Of a stretch of 64,000 bases of DNA, positions 61,663 to 64,000 are shown in pieces. Origin of the DNA: Candidatus Bathyarchaeota archaeon. Its GTDB lineage: Archaea > Thermoproteota > Bathyarchaeia > Bathyarchaeales > Bathycorpusculaceae. The stretch covers positions 23,378-87,377 of the forward strand of contig CAWEZP010000003.1 in NCBI GenBank assembly GCA_963813675.1, read 5' to 3'. Every line of letters begins with the position of its first letter. The first letter of the stretch is position 1. The translations under genes were made by a program, and so were the position numbers. Under the pieces are notes generated by a model. That model did not search any database and was not told the origin of the DNA. It was given only the letters and a program-made list of their open reading frames with translations.

Positions 61663-62657
61663 TAGCGTCGACCTCCAAACATTCTACTGGGAGCTTTAAC
61701 CAACTCTTCAGTGCGAATTCTTTTACCGGTGTGCTTCATAAAAACGTCGTCCAAAGAAGGAGAAGAAAAAGTCACAGAAGCAAGACGAATGTCGCTGCTG
61801 TCTAAAGCCCGAACGATGTCAGCTATCAGCAGACCTGCATTTTTGGCGTAAACTGTAAGACATTCTTCGGAATCTAATATTTGATTTACATCTGTGAGGC
61901 TCTTTATGAGTTCCTTTGCTCTTTCTTTGTCTTTTTCGCAATTTTCAAGAGATATTCTAATAGAATCTGCTCCAATTTCCTGTTTAAGCTCTTTGGGAGA
62001 GCCACTTGCAACTATTTTTCCAACGTCAATAATTGAAAGCCTCTTGCATAACTTGTCTGCTTCTTCTAGATATTGCGTTGTTAAGAAAATGGTTATGCCC
62101 TCTTCTTTGTTTATTTTTTCCAGATAACTCCAAATCGCTGAGCGTGACTGGGGATCCAAACCGGTTGTTGGTTCGTCAAGAAACAGGATTTTGGGTTTAT
62201 GAATAAGCGCCGTCGCTAAGTCTAGGCGTTTTTTCATGCCACCAGAGTAGTTTCTAGCACGTTTTTCGGAAGCTGATTCAAGCCCCACAAGAACCAGCAG
62301 CTCATTCACTCGTTTTTTTATTTCATCTCCGTTCATCTGGTGGAAATGCCCTTGTAGGGTAATATTTTCTCTTCCTGTTAGGTCACCATCAACAGTTGTT
62401 TCTTGACTTTGAACACCTATGATCTTGCGTATGGCGGCTGCTTGCTTCTCAACGTCATATCCAGCGATGTTAACAGTACCAGATGTTTTTCTTAAGAGAG
62501 TTGTTAGAATTTTGATGGTTGTGCTTTTGCCAGCGCCGTTGGGACCCAAGAAACCGAAAAATTCGCCTTCCGCTACGTTGAATGAAATATCGTCAACGGC
62601 TTTGGTGCCATCAGAATAGATTTCAACAAGATTCTTCACTGTAATTATGTCAGACAT
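61659..62657 (-). CDS. Mirrored DrrA-type ABC ATPase (allelic variant)
   Basis: Same as 51699..52697 with P>A, I>V, D>E, F>Y and many synonymous changes. Confidence 0.88.
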   Translation of the reverse strand: MSDIITVKNLVEIYSDGTKAVDDISFNVAEGEFFGFLGPNGAGKSTTIKILTTLLRKTSGTVNIAGYDVEKQAAAIRKIIGVQSQETTVDGDLTGRENITLQGHFHQMNGDEIKKRVNELLVLVGLESASEKRARNYSGGMKKRLDLATALIHKPKILFLDEPTTGLDPQSRSAIWSYLEKINKEEGITIFLTTQYLEEADKLCKRLSIIDVGKIVASGSPKELKQEIGADSIRISLENCEKDKERAKELIKSLTDVNQILDSEECLTVYAKNAGLLIADIVRALDSSDIRLASVTFSSPSLDDVFMKHTGKRIRTEELVKAPSRMFGGRRY

Positions 62658-62852
62658 TAATGGTCTATAGCTAGTTTTACATTTAGTTACATAACGGTAT
62701 GTGACTGCTACCTAGCTACAACAACAAGAAAGCGCAAACCTAAAGACTGATTATAAATTATTTTTGTCTCATCGAAGATTTTCAGAACTATCTTGGAAAA
62801 GAAAAAGGTTTATTCCATATTTTGCAAGTTAAAATTAAGGTTGCAAACACTA

Positions 62853-63653
62853 ATGAAAAATTTTGAAGATCATCAAAAGATGCCTGTGCTGTTTTTAGGA
62901 CATGGCAGCCCAATGAACGCTATTGAAGAAAACGAATTCGTAACTGGATTCAGATACATTGCAACAAGAATACCCAAACCCACAGCAGTCCTTTGCATAT
63001 CTGCACATTGGGAAACCAACGGGACATACGTAACAGCAATTGAAAAGCCAAAGACTATACACGACTTTTTCGGCTTTCCAAAAGAACTATATGAAATACA
63101 ATATCCCGCACCTGGAAGCTTTAATTTAGCACAAGAAATCACCCGCATCATCACCAAAACAAATGTAAATTTGGATTTTCATTGGGGACTAGACCATGGC
63201 TGCTGGATAGTTTTAAAACACATTTTTCCTGATGCCAACGTACCCGTGGTCCAAATGAGCCTGGATTATACAAAAACCGCGCAGTTTCATTATGAATTGG
63301 CAAAACAGTTGTCTATGTTTCGCAAGAAGGGTATATTGATAATTGGAAGTGGAAACATGGTTCACAATTTAGGCATGATTTCATGGGATAACATGGATGA
63401 ATCGAAGTTTGGTTACGATTGGGCAATTGAGGCAAGTGAACGAATGAAAAAATTCATCTTAAACGATGACCATAAACTATTAATTAATTATCAATCTCAA
63501 GGCAGGGCTTTTGATTTAGCAATTCCCACTCCGGAACATTACTTGCCTATGCTTTATGCGCTTGCATTAAAAGAGGAAGAAGAAAAAATAGAGTTGTTCA
63601 ACGATCAGCCAGTTGCAGGCTCAATATCTATGACCTCATTAAAGATCAATTGA
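62853..63653 (+). CDS. ygiD: Mirrored 4,5-DOPA dioxygenase
   Basis: Identical protein except K>N (ETKG/ETNG). Confidence 0.88.
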   Translation: MKNFEDHQKMPVLFLGHGSPMNAIEENEFVTGFRYIATRIPKPTAVLCISAHWETNGTYVTAIEKPKTIHDFFGFPKELYEIQYPAPGSFNLAQEITRIITKTNVNLDFHWGLDHGCWIVLKHIFPDANVPVVQMSLDYTKTAQFHYELAKQLSMFRKKGILIIGSGNMVHNLGMISWDNMDESKFGYDWAIEASERMKKFILNDDHKLLINYQSQGRAFDLAIPTPEHYLPMLYALALKEEEEKIELFNDQPVAGSISMTSLKIN

Positions 63654-63744
63654 ATCAACAAAAGCCGCTTAGACCCAAATTTCAAGTATTAAATGGCAAA
63701 TTATTAAAGTAAGTTAATTTGTATCTGGCACATCGGGATTGGTC

Positions 63745-64000
63745 ATGACTGCTAAGCTAACATTTTATGGTGGGGTCAATGAAATCGGAGGAAACAAAAT
63801 CTTGCTTCAAACTGATAATGGATCGGTTCTTTTGGATTTTGGCCGCAGAATGGGTGAATATTGCAAGTTTTTTTCAGAGTTCCTTGTGGCTCGTTCAAAG
63901 AATGCCTTGCGGGATATGCTCAGGTTGGAAATTTTACCTAAAATCGACGGCATCTATACCCCAAACTTGGTAGATATGACGGTTTTGTTTGAGAACACTC
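63745..64000 (+). CDS. Mirrored MBL/beta-CASP nuclease, N-terminus (cut by window edge)
   Basis: ATG 63745 MTAKLTFYGGVNEIGGNK. Confidence 0.85.
   Translation, partial: MTAKLTFYGGVNEIGGNKILLQTDNGSVLLDFGRRMGEYCKFFSEFLVARSKNALRDMLRLEILPKIDGIYTPNLVDMTVLFENT

Larger units (their letters stand above)
50356..64000. repeat. Giant inverted repeat (foldback): 50356-57192 mirrored by 57200-64000, 7-nt spacer CAATAAA
   Basis: Centre TTACAGTATTGG-CAATAAA-CCAATACTGTAA; mirrored ORFs (51699 <-> 62657, 50703 <-> 63653); continues to the window end. Confidence 0.97.

Noticed and set aside
1..64000. CRISPR array, cas genes, rRNA, transposase or integrase
   Set aside because: No regularly spaced 25-40 bp repeats with unique spacers and no recognisable motifs for these genes were seen.

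Overview
Archaeal chromosomal window, most consistent with Bathyarchaeia/TACK: it has archaeal DnaG, aIF2-beta, the aIF1A-RIO1-KH operon, the DUF373-uppS cluster, a PolB2 cassette and (A)GGTGA Shine-Dalgarno motifs. Bases 1-38.8 kb are mostly housekeeping, transport and redox genes. Accessory items among them are an orphan contractile tail-sheath gene, a decaying secreted CxxCH-like/Ig/heme-lyase (WWD) fusion, a ParB-Zn-ribbon gene, an S53 protease and a cluster of unannotated Cys-rich microproteins. At 38.8 kb a degenerate 3' half of tRNA-Gly(GCC) (att-like) and a divergent complete tRNA-Gly(GCC) precede an accessory block: stand-alone MIT protein, RadA-like/small protein/PolB2 operon, micro-ORFs and a long beta-CASP-like nuclease. 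A phoU-pstS-pstC locus carries a thrice-repeated spaced motif. Everything after 57.2 kb is the reverse complement of 50356-57192, folding back inside pstC. This is most likely a long-read assembly artefact whose distal arm carries a second haplotype. Several housekeeping genes show indel frameshifts that are probably sequencing errors. All family assignments come from motif recognition by eye; no database search was run.
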